A DNA stretch of 64,000 bases, taken from the NCBI RefSeq assembly GCF_004010195.1, contig NC_057718.1, positions 64,857,548 to 64,921,547 of the forward strand. The letters run 5' to 3'. Numbering within the stretch: the stretch's first letter is position 1; the number at the start of each line of letters is the position of its first letter. Positions 50,988 through 64,000 of the stretch are shown in pieces. Both the position numbers and the translations under genes were made by a program. The stretch comes from Chiloscyllium plagiosum. Its lineage: Eukaryota. The notes beneath the pieces are model-generated. The model was not told where the DNA came from. It worked only from the letters and a program-made list of their open reading frames with translations, and made no database searches.

Positions 50988-53274
50988 CTAGGCAATAAAG
51001 TCAAAACAGGTTAGAGATATCATCCAGATCAAATAGACAAATAGACAACATCACCTCCAGACATCATTCATCTATTTAATTTATTCACTTCTTTCAATGT
51101 GAGAAGTGAATATGTTCATGATAGAACATGCTTTTGAAATATTATGAGCATTCAGTATGGATTGTAGTTTAGATTGCCTTTCTTTTGTATATACTTTTAT
51201 AAGTTCATTAGTTAACAGTTGAGTAAAGCCAGAGATACCAAGAACATAAAAGATAACTGATTAACTCATCCACACTGCTTTTTGGATGAACTTGCAAGAA
51301 TTTTCCAGCATTCTTTTGAGAGATTCTCAAACTACCAATGGATTATTTGTCAGTCAAGAATCTGCATGCAAAGTGCACAGAATTAAACGGCACGGGAAAA
51401 GCAACATGTTAAGATTTCTGCTCCTCTGTTTGCAAAGATACAAAATAAATGGCAGGCATCAGTGTTGAATTATCCAGTATAAACAAGAGTTTGGTTTGGT
51501 TTGGGCACAAATGACTGTGAGAATATCACTACACCCTTGTACAGCTACTGAAAAGTTCTGTATCCAAGTTAGTTTGTAGGTTTGTGTCCAATAGAAATAT
51601 ATTCTAATGTGAAATAAATTGCTTAGGAGCAGTGTCTTTGGCAACAGCCTAATCTTTTTCAAGTCTCTCTCTTTACAGATGCTGTCAAACCTGCTGAGGA
51701 TCTCCAGCATTTTCTGTTTTTATTCCAGAGCACCAACATCCATAGTATTTTGCATTATTCTTTAGGACACAGTCTGCTGCATCCCAGACCATAATTGGTA
51801 ATATCAATATAACTATTTGCCACACATGTTTGATTCTTGGTAGAATGAGCTCACAGACCACCAGTACAAAGCCAGCAACTCACTTGCATTTGGCAATGAA
51901 AATTAGCACCATTCAAAAATTGTAGGAGCCGTGCATACAAAGCAAAGAAGTACGGAAGAAAATAAACCAAAAGAAAATTTAGGAGAGCAAAAGAAAATGT
52001 GTATAGATTTATTTTACTGAGGTAAGTTAATTAAATAGATACCCAACTGAATCTGAGCAGCAGTTTGTATCTTCATTAGCAACATTTAATGTGTTTATTG
52101 TGTTGAGATACAAGATATTTTGGAGCATGTGCCAACAACACTCTGTGCTGAAAGCCCCTTTCTAGTTTAATACCTGCACGTAACCTATTTTCGCCATCTT
52201 TTTTTCCTTCTCTGTTGCCCTAGTGTGGCATATCCTTGAATACGCAATACATAAAAAGGAAAAATCTGACAAGATTGCATATTATTGACACTCTAACAGT
52301 AGATGGGGATGGAACTAATGGACAAGTAAATGAGCAAAGCATGAATAGGGAGAGAAAGATGCATGCACTTAATGAATAATCATGAAAGAATACAATGTAT
52401 GATTTAAGACATCGAGAAATTACAATCATTAGAATTGTATTCCTGTTACACTTTGAGATCTATAGTTTCTTTTGCTTGATTGTCTGGTGGGTGAATAATT
52501 TCAGGTACCATTTGGGAGGTCTATCTTTCTAATTATACCCTGAGTCCTATATAAAATACTATTTTTCTGAATTCAACAATTTACATTCAAAAATTAGGTC
52601 CTCAAGCTGCTCCCTCAAACTGATTTCCACCTCAGTGGTTTCCCACATGTTTATTTCTATCCCATTACTTGCCAACACCCCAAGTTAAACATGTACCAGA
52701 ATTATTCTAAAAATATCACCAAATTAATTAACCACCTTATAAACACACCATTGAATGCCAGTAATCATATCTATGTTCCCAAGGATATTTACTGCTTGAG
52801 ACAGCAGTCTTATAACCTGCTGAAAACAAAAAAAAGCATGATAATATTCATATCTCGGCCTATTTAATCATTTGTGCTCAAATTGGATCAAGATAGTAGA
52901 CTGCACTGGGCAAAAGATGACCTTTGACAAGCCATTAATATATGAATGATAACATGTATTTATTTAACAACAGAGATATTACACTACTTGAGAACAATCA
53001 GCAGCATCTGCTATGTCATGACTACGGTGCTTGTGTTCCAAGAGATCAATGGAACACTTGGCATTAAAAAACATATTTCATTTTGCTCAACCTCTGTGAT
53101 AATTACTATTTCTCTTCCCAATGCTAATATTGTTTCATTTTTTTGTCAAAACAACCTTTATTTTATTCATTAATGATCTTTATAAACAATCTGCAAAAAT
53201 TAACTTCTGGAGATGCAAAGACAAAATTTCTCACTCATCACAATTACATATTATGAACAGATTCTTCAAAGATT

Positions 53275-53625
53275 CATAAGTTCATAGGATATAGGGGCAG
53301 AATAAGGCCATTTGGCCTATTGAATCTGCTCTGCCACTGGATCATGGCTGATATGTTCCTCACTCCCATTTTCCTGCCTTTTCCTGATAACCCTTCAACC
53401 CATTAACAAATAAAAATCTGTCTAACTCCTCCTTAAAGTTACTTACTGTCCCGGCATCCACTGCACTTTGGGGTAGCGAATTCCAGAGATTCGGAACCGT
53501 TTGGCAGAAGTAGTTTCTCCTCAATTTTGTTTTAAATTTGCTATCCCTTTTCCTCAGACTATGATCTCTCATCGTAGTCCCACAAGAGGAAGCATCCGCT
53601 GTATGCCTATTTTATCCAAGGAGCT
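53275..53625 (-). mobile_element. CR1 3' end
   Basis: HSLRKRDSKFKTKLRRNYFCQTVPNLWNSLPQSAVDA...KEELDRFL. Confidence 0.8.
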
Positions 53626-54020
53626 ATATGACTGTGTATTTCTGCAGAATCTATCCTATGGATTGCTAATAGGCGTCAAATAAAAAATGAGAGACACTAC
53701 TTAACATAGACTTGACTGCATATAGAAGGGTACTTTACAACGAAGCCACATTAGGGTCACATCCATTGCCCACAGGTAAATGGTGAAAAGCCATTGATCT
53801 GTGGATTGGTGTCTTCAAGGGGCCTATTAAGATCTCACTCCTGTACCATGTGTTTCCAGGCAACAACTTAGGTAGCTGTAGCAGACTGAACCACACTCAA
53901 TCCAGTGTTGTGTTCTCAAAGTGGAAATGTGGGGACAATTGCAGCCATTGTATATATGCATTCCCTCCCCCAGCAACATGTGTCATACCTGCCAGACTAT
54001 AGTTTCAACCATCAGAATCA

Positions 54021-55365
54021 TGGTCAAAAATCATACAACACCAGATTATAGTCCAACAGATTTATTTGAAAACACAGGCTTTTGGAGCCTCACTCCTTCA
54101 GGTGCTAGGCAGAGAGGGAGACCTTTGACACAGAATTTATAAGTAAAAGATGAAAGGGTCATAGAACCAATACAAATGAATTGAACGCACCTAAGATGGC
54201 TGTTAAATCTTTAATCAGTTAGAAAGAGGTGCAGATTTTTATTGATTAATATGCAAATCCCAGAATTTCTTCCAGATCATTGCCCCAAGATAAGTTAAGG
54301 TTTTATCAGTACAAAAACGGTAACGTCTCAGGTCAGACAATTTTAGGAGTGAGGTTTTGGGTAGAGTCTGTCTATGGCTTCACTTGGAGTCAGACTGGTT
54401 TTATTTCCAAAGTAGGAATTTATAAAATGTCACATTGACTAACTGTGTACGAATTGTTTGCTTTTTGAACAAAATCGAATGTTTCGGCAAATACAAATCT
54501 GCAAATGCAAAGTTACCCCATAGATGTGTGTGTGTGTGTGTGTGTACGTACATTGGGGGAGAGTGTGTGTGTGTGTGTGGGGAGAGAGTGTGTGTGCACG
54601 CGTGCGCACGTCTGTGTGTGTGTCTGCGTGTGTGTGCATGTGCTTGACAGTGTGCGAGTGTGAGGGAGTATATGCATGTGAGAGAGTGTGCATGCGAGTG
54701 TGTGTGTGTATGTTTATGTGTGCATGAGTGAGAGAGAGTGTATGTATGAAAGAGGGTCTGCGTGCATGTATTTGTGTGAGAGAGTGTGCATGTATGTGTG
54801 CATATATATAGTGTGGTGGGGTCATCTGTAATGCGACATGAACCCAGGATCCCGATTGAGGCTGTCTTCATGGGTACATTCTAATTTTTTCTAAAAGCAC
54901 ACAATTTGTAGAGAGGCAGTTAATGTGGCATTTTATAAATTCCTACTTTGGAAATAAAAGCAGTCTGACTCCAGGTTAGACTCTAAACAAGAGCTCATGC
55001 CTAAAATGCATTGTCTGACCTGAGTTGTTCCCTCTTTTATACCGATAAAACATTAACTTATCTCGGGCAGTGACTTGAAAGAAAGTCTGGGATTTGCACA
55101 TTAATCAATCGAAACCTGCACTTGCAATCTAACTGATTAAAGATTTAACAGTCATCTTAGGTGCATTCAATTCATTTGCTTCAGTTGTATGACCTTTTGA
55201 TCCTTTACTTATAAATTCTGTGTTTAAGGTCATCCTCTCTCCCTTGCACCTTAAGAAGGAACGGGGTTCTGAAAGCTTTGTGTTTCCAAATAAACCTGTC
55301 GGACTATAATCTGGTGTTGCGTGGTTTTTGACATTGCCCAACTCAGTCTAATACTGGCACCTCCA
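54021..55365. mobile_element. Older Penelope-like family C insertion with ~460-bp inverted arms
   Basis: 54021-54482 is the diverged reverse complement of 54876-55332; minus-strand THEDSLNRDPGFMSHYR* (PLE ORF C-terminus) at ~54823-54876; termini homologous to 45376-45587; near-TSD catcagaatcatg / catcaggatcatg. Confidence 0.82.
54525..54815. repeat. Compound (TG)n/(GA)n microsatellite in the PLE 3' UTR
   Basis: Imperfect TG/GA dinucleotide runs. Confidence 0.9.
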
Positions 55366-55439
55366 CATCAGGATCATGCCCAGTCAGCTTTAGCTATTTT
55401 AAGAATTGGAGGAATGTCTAGCCTTTCCCCATTTTCTCC

Positions 55440-55830
55440 ATAAGAACATAAGACTACAAGAAATAGGAGCAGGAGTAGACCAGTTGGCCCATTGAGACAG
55501 CTTCACAATTCAATAAATCATGACTGATCTTTTTGTGAACTCAGCTCCACTTACCCGTCCTGTTCAGCATAACACTTGGCTCCTTTACTATTCAAAAACC
55601 TATCCATCTTTGCCTTAAAAATATTCAATGAGGCAGCTTCAATTGCTTCACTAATCAGGGAATTCCACAGATTCAGAACTGTTTGAGAGAAAACGTTTCT
55701 CCTCAACTCAGTCCATATCTGCTGCCCCTTTATTTTGAGGCTATGCCACCTAGTTCTAGTTTCAGCTGCCAATGGAAACAACTTCCCTGTTTCTATCTTA
55801 TCTATTCCCTTCATAATTCTATATGTTCCA
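55440..55830 (-). mobile_element. CR1 3' end
   Basis: MKGIDKIETGKLFPLAAETRTRWHSLKIKG...LWNSL...IFKAKMDRFL. Confidence 0.82.
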
Positions 55831-56602
55831 TCTTCCCATCTGCAACTCCCACCTCAGTCTATGGATGCAATCATCAAGTGCCAGAGGCCCTCATGTTGTG
55901 TCTCCAGCATCAAAAGCCTGCCCACTATCTCTGATTGATGGCCCGCCCCCGTAGTCCTTTTGAATTCTGACTTAAGCAGATTTTTATTGCTGGTTCAGGC
56001 AGCAACCACGCCCCACCAAGCAGATGCTTTCCTTCTCTGGTCTAAAAGAGTTCTGTTAATGGGATAAGCTGACATGAGACTCGGCCTGCTTTCCCATGTA
56101 CCCACCCTCAATAGTTTTTAAGTCGCTTGAAATAAGATGGATATGTTATATTGCTGTACCACAAAAGCATCAAAACTGATTCCTGGAAAGAGGACACAAA
56201 TGTGAATAATGACAGGTTAGCTGTTGCATTACCTCTGAACATGATTAAATGCAAGCTCTCGCTGTTTATGTCGGTCATGGAACTAATATGAAAACCCTCT
56301 ATTGCTATGTGGCTGCTATTTACAAAGCTACAGAGGTGAAGAAACCTTGCTACTGGGTGAGAGTTGTGCACTTAGCAAAGCCAAAGGGAAGGCCCGCAGG
56401 GAAGGTCATGTCCTTACAAGCACATCATCAAGTAACTTCTTAATACATATTTCTGTAATGCAAATTTTCTAATGTGACATATCTTCCTTGCTGCGACTTG
56501 GAAGGGGGATAAAAGCTTCCTGCTGTGGTAAACTGAGTCATCTCTATTTCAGATGTTGTCATCCTACAGTAGATCTCTGACAGCTTGTCTTAGGGAGCAG
56601 AC

Positions 56603-58230
56603 ATTTCTTTATTCGCTCAATAGTGTGGGCTTTGCTGGCTGATCCAGCATTTCAGGACCATCCCTAACTGCCATTAAGAAGGTAGTGGTGAGTTTCCTTC
56701 TTGAACCCCTGCAGTCCATTTTTCTTAATTTCAAAAATATACTTTATTCATAAAAGTATTTGGATATCTATGCAATCGGTCATGCTATTCTTGTGCACAC
56801 ATTACATTGCTTTACATACAGACATTGAAATTTATTTTTCCTATATACAAGTCTGTACATTTACTATCTAGCTCTATCTAGCTACTATCTAGAGTCAGCA
56901 GAGCCCAAATGACTGGGTGGGCCCCCTGTTCTTCTTAGGCAGGCAGATGTTACACGGTGGTCTTTCCCCACTGCGCCTGGGCGGCAGCTGCCCCAAGCTT
57001 CAGCATGCCCCTCAACACGTAGTCCTGGACCTTGGAATGTGCCAGTCTGCAACACTCAGTTGGGGTCAACTCCTTAAGCTGGAACATCAACAGGTTTCGG
57101 ACCGTCCAAAGAACGTCTTTCATTGAGTTGATGATCTTCCAGGCACAGTTGATGTTCGTCTCGGTGTGTGTCCCGGGGAACAGACCGTACAGCACGGAGT
57201 ACCACATTACGGCGCTGCTCGGCACGAATCTCGACAAACATCATTGCATTCTTATCCAGACTTCTTCTGCATAGGCACATTCCAGAAGGAGGTGTTGCGA
57301 AGGATGGGCCTGGCCTCGATGACACGGAACGCTCCAAGTAGTTGGACCGTTCCGTGTCACCTGTCCTTTGTGGAGAAGTTTATGAAGGAAAACACCTTTG
57401 ACCACAAGTTCATCAGGAAGTGGACAGCATGTGTTGTCCTTGAGACCCTTCGGGAAAAGGAGAGGGTGGATCCTATTGAGCAGTTCCCTGAGCAGACTGT
57501 CAAAGTCATTTGGCAGAATGCCTCATCGCCAGAACTTTCCAACAAGCATCAAGACATGGCTTGGCTGGTGGTGAGAAGGGCTCTGCCTGGGAGATCCTTT
57601 ATGCACACCCGGACTCTCTGCACCACCGCATGCTGCCCTCGAAGCGGCTGCAGGGGGACGAGGCTGAACCCCTGCAGTCCATTTGATGCACAGTGCTATT
57701 ACGCAGGGAGCTCTAAGATTTGGACCCAGGACACTGAAGGAATGCTGATATATTTCAAGGTCAGGATGGTGACAGGCTTGGAAGGGATCTTGTAATTGGT
57801 GGTATTCCCATATATTTGCTGTCCATGTCATTCTAGATGGACGAATCGTCTAGATCGCAGTTTGGAAGATTCTGAGTAAGGACCCTGGGTGAGTTTCTGT
57901 ACTGCATCATGTAGATGGTGCACACTGTTCCAAGTGAGCATCAATGGCAGGAGGGAATGAATCTTTATGGGTGTGGTGCCAATCAAGTGGGCGCTTTTGT
58001 CTTGGATGGTGTCAAGTATTTTCAGGGTTGTTGGAGCTACACTCATCCAGACACATGTGGAGTATTAAACACATTTCTAATTGTGCCTTGCAGATGGTGT
58101 ACAAACTTTTGGTGAGGAGGTGAGTTACTTGGTGCAGAATTCCTAGTCCCTGACCTATTCTTGTAGCCACACTATTTATGTGGGTAGACCAATTCAGTTT
58201 TTAGTCAATGGTAGTCGCCAGGATTGATCA
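56603..58230 (-). mobile_element. CR1-group LINE 3' portion (host of the L1/Tx1 insertion)
   Basis: APTTLKILDTIQDKSAHLIG, homologous to 2380-2460; continuous across the 20-bp TSD. Confidence 0.8.
56722..57664 (-). mobile_element. L1/Tx1-clade LINE, 5'-truncated with 5' inversion
   Basis: Minus 56722-57295: HLLLECAYAEEVW...LFPGTHTETNINCAWKII...WGKTTV*, 3' UTR with AATAAA. Plus 57291-57664: upstream ORF2 ending CPRSGCRG (CCHC finger). 20-bp TSD 56702-56721 / 57665-57684. Confidence 0.88.
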
Positions 58231-58244
58231 ATTTATTGTTATGA

Positions 58245-58390
58245 TTTGGAAGTTCTGGTGTTGGACTGGGGTGAACAAAGTTAAAAATCACACAACACCA
58301 GGTTATAGTTCAACAGGTTTTTTTGGAAGTACAAGCTACATCAGGTAGCTAGTGGGACAGGATCATAGGGCACAGAATTTATAGTAATTT
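58245..58390 (-). mobile_element. Penelope family C terminal fragment
   Basis: ggtgttggactggggtgaacaaagttaaaaatcacacaacaccaggttatag matches 45388-45440. Confidence 0.8.
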
Positions 58391-59407
58391 AATGATTTAT
58401 TGTTGTCACATGTACCGAGATACAGTGAAAAGTGTTGGTTTGCATGCCATACAGGCAGGTTGTACCATACAGAGTGCATCATGCAAGCAGAACAGAGTGC
58501 AGAATACAGTGTTACAATGACAGAGAAGGTGCAGAGAGAGAGATCAGAATTAATACCTGAGAAATCCATTCAAGTCTGTTAACAGCAGGGAAGAATCTGT
58601 TGTTGAATCTATTTGTACATGCATTCAAACTTTTATATCTTCTATCAACAGAAGATAGTGGAAGAGAGTATAACTGTAGTGGGAGGGGTTTTTAATTAGG
58701 TTTGTTGCTTTCCTGAGACAGCGGGAAGTATAGTTGTAGCAAATGAACGGAACGCTGAAGCATAATGATGAATTGGGTTGTTTCATGACCCTCAGTAGTT
58801 TGTGATCTTGGGAAGAGCAGTTGCCATACCATGCTGTGATGCTTCCAGATAGGATGCTCTCTCTGGTGCATCATTAAAAATTGGTAAGGGTCCTTGTGGA
58901 CATGCCGAATTTCCTTAGTCTCCTGAGGACGTGGAGATGCTGCTGTGTTTTCTTGACCATTGCGTTGCCATGGGTAGACCAGGACAGATTGTTGGTGGTC
59001 CTCACTCCCATGAATTTGACACTTTCAACCATCCCCACCTCAGCACCATTGATGCAGGCAGAATGCTGCCCTCGTCATGGCTTCCTGAAGTCAATGACCA
59101 GCCCCTTCATTTTTCTGACACTGAGGGAGAGATTGTGGTCTTTACCCTCTGCTGCAAAACACTCAATCTCTTTCCTGTATTCTGTCACGTTGTTGTTTGA
59201 GATCTGCACTACAATGGTATTGTCATGAGCAAACTTGTAGATGGAGTTGGAGTGGAATTTGGCTACATAGTTGCGAGTGTGTAAGGAATATAGTAGGGGC
59301 TGAATAGACAGTTTTGCAGGGTACCGGTGCTGAGCATTATCATGAAGGAGGAGTTGTTGTCTATTCTTACTTTCTGTGGTTTATGGACCAGAAATCCTAC
59401 AATAAAA

Positions 59408-59723
59408 TCATAGAATCCCTACCTGTGGAAGAGGCCATTAAGCCCACTGAGTCCACACTGACCCTCTAAAGAATATCCCACCCAGACTCACCTCCCCCCA
59501 CCTCGTAACCCTGCATTTCCCATGGCTCACCCACCTAGCCTGCACATCCCTAGACATTATACAGAATTTAGCACGGGAGGAAACGGGAGCACTCAGAGGA
59601 ATCCATGCAGATATGGGGAGAATGTGCAAACTCCACACAGATAGCCAACTGAGGGTGGAATCAAACCTAGGCTCTTAGCACTGTGAGGCATCAGTGCTAA
59701 TCACTAAGCCACTGTGTTGCCCA
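59408..59723 (-). mobile_element. V-SINE (HE1-like), internally deleted
   Basis: Head cagtgctaatcactaagccactgtgttgccc; core ggggagaatgtgcaaactccacacag. Confidence 0.85.
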
Positions 59724-59882
59724 CGAAAACTGAGGATCCGGTTACAGATTGGGTGGGTGAGGGGTGAAACGGGAAGCTAAGACTTAGGTCTTGGAGCTGA
59801 GATATGAGTTTGTTTGGAATTATGGTTTTGAATGCTGAAATAGTCAACAGGTAGGAGTCTGACATGGGTATCCTGGCTGTCC

Positions 59883-60198
59883 AGATTAGATTAGATTAGA
59901 TTCCCTACAGTGTGGAAACAGGCCCTTTAGCCCAACCAGTCTACACCGACCCTCTGAAGAGTAACCAACCCAGACCCATTTCCCTCTGACTAATGCACCT
60001 AACACTTTGGGCAATTTAGCATGGCCAATTCACCTGACCTGCACATCTTTGGACTGTGGGAGGAAACCGGAGCACCCGGAGGAAACCCGTGCAGACACGG
60101 GGAGAATGTGCAAACGCCACACTGACAGTCACTCGAGGCTGGAATCAAACCTGGGAGCATGGTGCTGTGAGGCTAACTACTGAGCCATCATGCCGCCC
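59883..60198 (-). mobile_element. V-SINE (HE1-like)
   Basis: (GATTA)n tail and conserved core. Confidence 0.9.
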
Positions 60199-62942
60199 AT
60201 TCCAGATGTTCCAGGATGAACATAGGGCCAGGGTTAAGTTGTCTGCTATGGACCAGTTTGGCTGGTAGGTGAACTGCAAAGGATCGAGGCAATTTTGTAG
60301 GCTGGAGTTGACGTGAGCCATGACTAACCTCTTGAAGCTTCATAATTATGGATGCCAGAGCCACTGGGCGGGAGTCATTGAAATATGCTGCATGATTTTT
60401 CTTTGGCATCCGGATAATGGGGGTCTTCTTGAAGCTGTGGTGACTTCAGATCGGAGCTAGTAGAGGTTAAAGATGTCTGCCAATACTCCTGCCAGCTGGT
60501 CCACACAGGAGTGTACATCCAGGACACCATCTGGACCAGTTGCTATAATGATAGAGGGGATTCAGTGATGATAATGCCTTTGAATGTCAAGGGTCAATGG
60601 ATATATTCTCTCTTAATGGAAATAGTCATTGCCTGGCACTTATGTGTCATGAATATCACTTGTCATTTGCCAGTACAAACTTGGATACTGTCCGGTTCTT
60701 GCTGCATTTGGACATGGGTTTCTTCAGTATCCGAGGAATTACAAATGGGGCTGAACATTGTTACTTTGTTTGATGATGCTTGCACAATGTTAAGGAAGCT
60801 TTGATACTTCAGATATATATGCAGTGGCTTACAACAGCAGAACCTTTTGTCATCATATTACAAACAATGGAATCCTATTTCTCGCATCTAAATCATGTAA
60901 CACTATGGTTGTGTCAAACCGCTAGCAGCAGAATGGTAGTAAACTTTAATCTACCACTGCATGTTTGTTCAAAGTCAGTGGAGACCACAAGCACCAAGTA
61001 TTTGTAAAAATGAGGTGTTTCAATCTCTTGGTGCTACAAGATAGGTCAACCTACATGTAAAACAGCAGAACTAGCATGCTTTAGACAGATCAAAGGAATC
61101 TGACAGACCACAAATTATATCAAAACTTGAAATCCCTGGCATATCAGTAATGGACAATGGTAAACAATTAAACATCTAATGGGATGTTCTTTTAACATCC
61201 CCACTCAGGCTAAAGTATTTTGAATCGTCCTCAATCAGAAATACTCTTTCTGAGTTCCCCACTATTATAGATACCATTCTTTATGCAATTTGATTAATGC
61301 CACACAATATCGAAAATAGCTGAGTGCATTAGATAAAGCAAATGCTATGGGGTGCAATAATACTTACTATAGAGCTGAAGATTTTTCCACTAAAAATATC
61401 CAGGCTACAATTTCCAACATGGCTACAACACTGGCAGACACAAAAACACAATGTGGAAAACTGTCAATTTATATACTAATCAGAATTCCATATCTATCCT
61501 TATCAACCTTGAGAAAGTGGTAGTGAGTCATCTTTAATCACTGCAGACCATGTGGCATAGGTACAACAACAGTGTTGTTTTTAAGTGAAGTCCAAGTTTT
61601 GGATCAGTAACAGAGAATAGTGAAACAATTCCAAGTCAGAATGATGTGTGATTTAGGAGAGATCTTGTTGGCGATTTGTTTATTCCCATTCACCTACTAC
61701 CTTTGTTCTTCTAAAGGATAGACGCCATGGGTGCAGAAGAAACAGATGAATCTGTATCTTCAGATTGAGATTCACAGCACAGCATCTTATAGATGGTATA
61801 TTGCTGCCAGTGTGCATTGATGGTTGAGGAATTGCACGTCGATGGTGATGGATACAATGCCAAACAAGCAGGTTGCTTTGTCCCAGATAGTTTTGAGCGA
61901 CTTTGTGTGAGGACTGCCTTCATCATGGCAGATGGAGAATATTCCATCTCATTTCTCACTAATACCTTGTTAGGCTCTCGGCAGGCTTTGGGGAGTCAGC
62001 AAGTGAATATTCTCCTTAGAATTTCCAGACTTTGTCTTACTCTTCTCACCATACAATGTATATAGCTAGACTGGTCAATGGTAAGCTGAGGAAGTTGATG
62101 GTGCAGCGTACGGCAATGGTAATACAATGGAATGTCAAGTGAGGGTTGCTAAATTTCCCCTTTGTGGAAATAGTCATTGTTTCACACCTGTGTGGCGCCA
62201 AAAGTACTTGCACATCAGCTCCAGGCTAAGTGCTGTGCAGATGTTGCTACATATGGACTACTTCAGCAACTGAGGAGTTGTGAATCTTACTGAAAGTTTT
62301 ACAATTGTTTGCACATACTCCCACTACTGACCCAATGATGGGGCAAAGTGTATTGGCAAAGCAGTTGACAATATTTATGTTCAGGAAATCCATGTCTGTA
62401 TTATTCTACAACTGCTGTGAGCCTATTCTCAATCAGCATCAGTTCGAGCAAGTTTCAATTTTACACTAATAACCTGTACACCATTACTCAACTTGGGCCA
62501 TTTTTCAGGATAATACTGTCCAGAGCCCATTCGCTGAGGTCAAACATGGCCAAACATGGTCACACAAGTTGAATATCTGAGGTGAGAATGATCGTTCTTG
62601 GCATCAAAGCAGTCTTTGACCAAGTTGGGACCAAGGAACTGCATTAAAATGAAACTCCAGCTAAACTCAGAGAAAACCTGGGATCAATGGCCTAACTCTG
62701 TTCCTACATCTTATGATTCCTACATTAAATTGTGGCAACACTCCAAAATTGTTACTTTGCTAAAAAGCACTTCGAAACTGTAAAAAAAGTTTAATAAATG
62801 AAAGATTTTATTTCTTCTTAAGATCACCATACCCGTACTGTCTCACAATAAATATCCATAATCAAATCCAGGTTAGCTACATACACATAATATTCTCCCA
62901 ACCCATATAATTCCCTGGCGCAATCACATTTTTAAAGCTCTG

Positions 62943-63060
62943 ATTGGAGGTGCCGAATTTGGACTGGGGTGGACAAGGTCAGAAGTCAGACAACACCAGG
63001 TTATAGTCCAACAGATTTCACTTTACCTGACAAAGGGCAATGCTCCGAAAACTACTTTGA
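62943..63060. mobile_element. Decayed mini Penelope family C terminus
   Basis: ggactggggtggacaaggtcagaagtcagacaacaccaggttatagtccaacag followed by hammerhead remnant cctgacaaagggcaatgctccgaaa. Confidence 0.65.
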
Positions 63061-63639
63061 ACCCTATTCCTGTATTGACAATACAGTGACACGGAGTGTA
63101 TATGCCTCAATGCGTTGCAGCATGGAAATTGCCACAGCTTCCCATTCAGTGTATGAATGATATTATTCTGGGACACACTGCTCCGATGTCAAGAGTTTCA
63201 CAATGTGGAGCAAGCCTTTGGTGTCAGTTCTGCCTCATGCTACAGACTCACAGAAAACTAGAAAAAACGTTACAGTTGTCAGTGAAGCATGCTCACTGAA
63301 GCATGTGCAATATGTCGTTGCCATTTTGCAGTGATAAAATTCGGAGAAAAGGATAATAGTCGAATGACCAGCAGTCAATCTATGTTGATGTCCATGTCAC
63401 AGGTGTCTTCTGAGCACCACCTCTTAAATTGCATTAAGTCCCTTGGATATGTGAAAAAGACGTCTCAATTTATTTAAAGATCGTACTTGAAAAAATTAAC
63501 CAGGACCTGCTCAGATCAGTTTTTCAGATGTTATCCAATTAAGAAATCAATATAACATCAGGAGAAACAGGCTGTTAAGGACTTCAGGAGCTCAGGGTCA
63601 GAGTTACATAGAAAGGTAGGGGGAACGGCGTTAGCGAGT

Positions 63640-64000
63640 CTGGTTGCCCCTGAACAGAGCTGGGACTAATCTCCTTGTGGGAGCTTTTGCCAGTTCGATC
63701 AGTGAGGTTTTAAATTAGTTTGGCAGGGAGATGGGAGCCAAAGTGTAGGCTTAGATGGGTCAGATTCAGATCAGGAAATGGGAGGTAGAACTTTAGGGGA
63801 AGTGCTAAATGAATATTTTTTGTCAGTATTCACACTGGAAAAAGACAATGTTATCAAGGAGAATACTGAGATATACGCTACTAGATGGGATTGATGTTAG
63901 CAAGGAGGAGGTGATAGCAATTCGGGACAGTGTGAAAATAAATAAGTCCCCTGGGCTGGATGGGATTTATCCGAGGATTCTCTGGGAGTCAGGGAGGAGA
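63640..64000 (+). mobile_element. CR1 LINE fragments running off the window
   Basis: GEVLNEYFLSVFTLEKDN...KINKSPGLDGIYPRILWE. Confidence 0.8.

Larger units (their letters stand above)
58395..60510 (-). mobile_element. Rex1/Babar-like LINE RT, interrupted by two V-SINEs
   Basis: PKKNHAAYFNDSRPVALASIIMK; DPLQFTY; CIINGAEVGMVESVKFMGV; ESILSGSITAWYGNCS. Confidence 0.75.

Noticed and set aside
54401..54871. His/Thr- and Cys/Val-rich ORFs
   Set aside because: Translations of a (TG)n microsatellite.
50988..64000. Expected upstream RPS6KA2 exon (…ADWWSFGVLM); a WWS-coding hit at ~51850-51866
   Set aside because: The hit reads YWWSVSS with no kinase context. No such exon was found by eye, so it probably lies beyond the window.

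Overview
Eukaryotic, repeat-dense genomic DNA. The V-SINE/HE1-type SINEs, CR1 and Penelope content point to an elasmobranch, probably a bamboo-shark-like species (inference). The whole window lies inside one large minus-strand gene, RPS6KA2 (p90 RSK3). Five small GT-AG exons missed by the ORF track (50917-50987, 44951-45039, 34611-34675, 25966-26068, 3857-3987) splice in frame to [153 protein letters not shown]. The introns hold nested, mostly dead transposons: CR1-group LINEs, Rex1/Babar, L1/Tx1, Penelope-like elements (PLEs), two tRNA-SINE families, Harbinger fossils and a solo LTR. Four observations stand out. (1) PLE ends carry minimal hammerhead-ribozyme motifs of three families, including a young ~210-bp near-perfect palindrome with back-to-back hammerheads and a 17-bp TSD. 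(2) Five PLE insertions share an 'inverted arms + ~35-nt one-sided tail + TSD' geometry. (3) A ~200-bp solo LTR has been inflated to 2.8 kb by repeated poly(A)-tailed L1/Tx1-type insertions at the same TATA-like target. (4) An L1/Tx1 copy shows a twin-primed 5' inversion. Almost all ORFs in the supplied track are TE fragments or noise. Repeat boundaries are approximate and family names come from motif recognition, not database searches.
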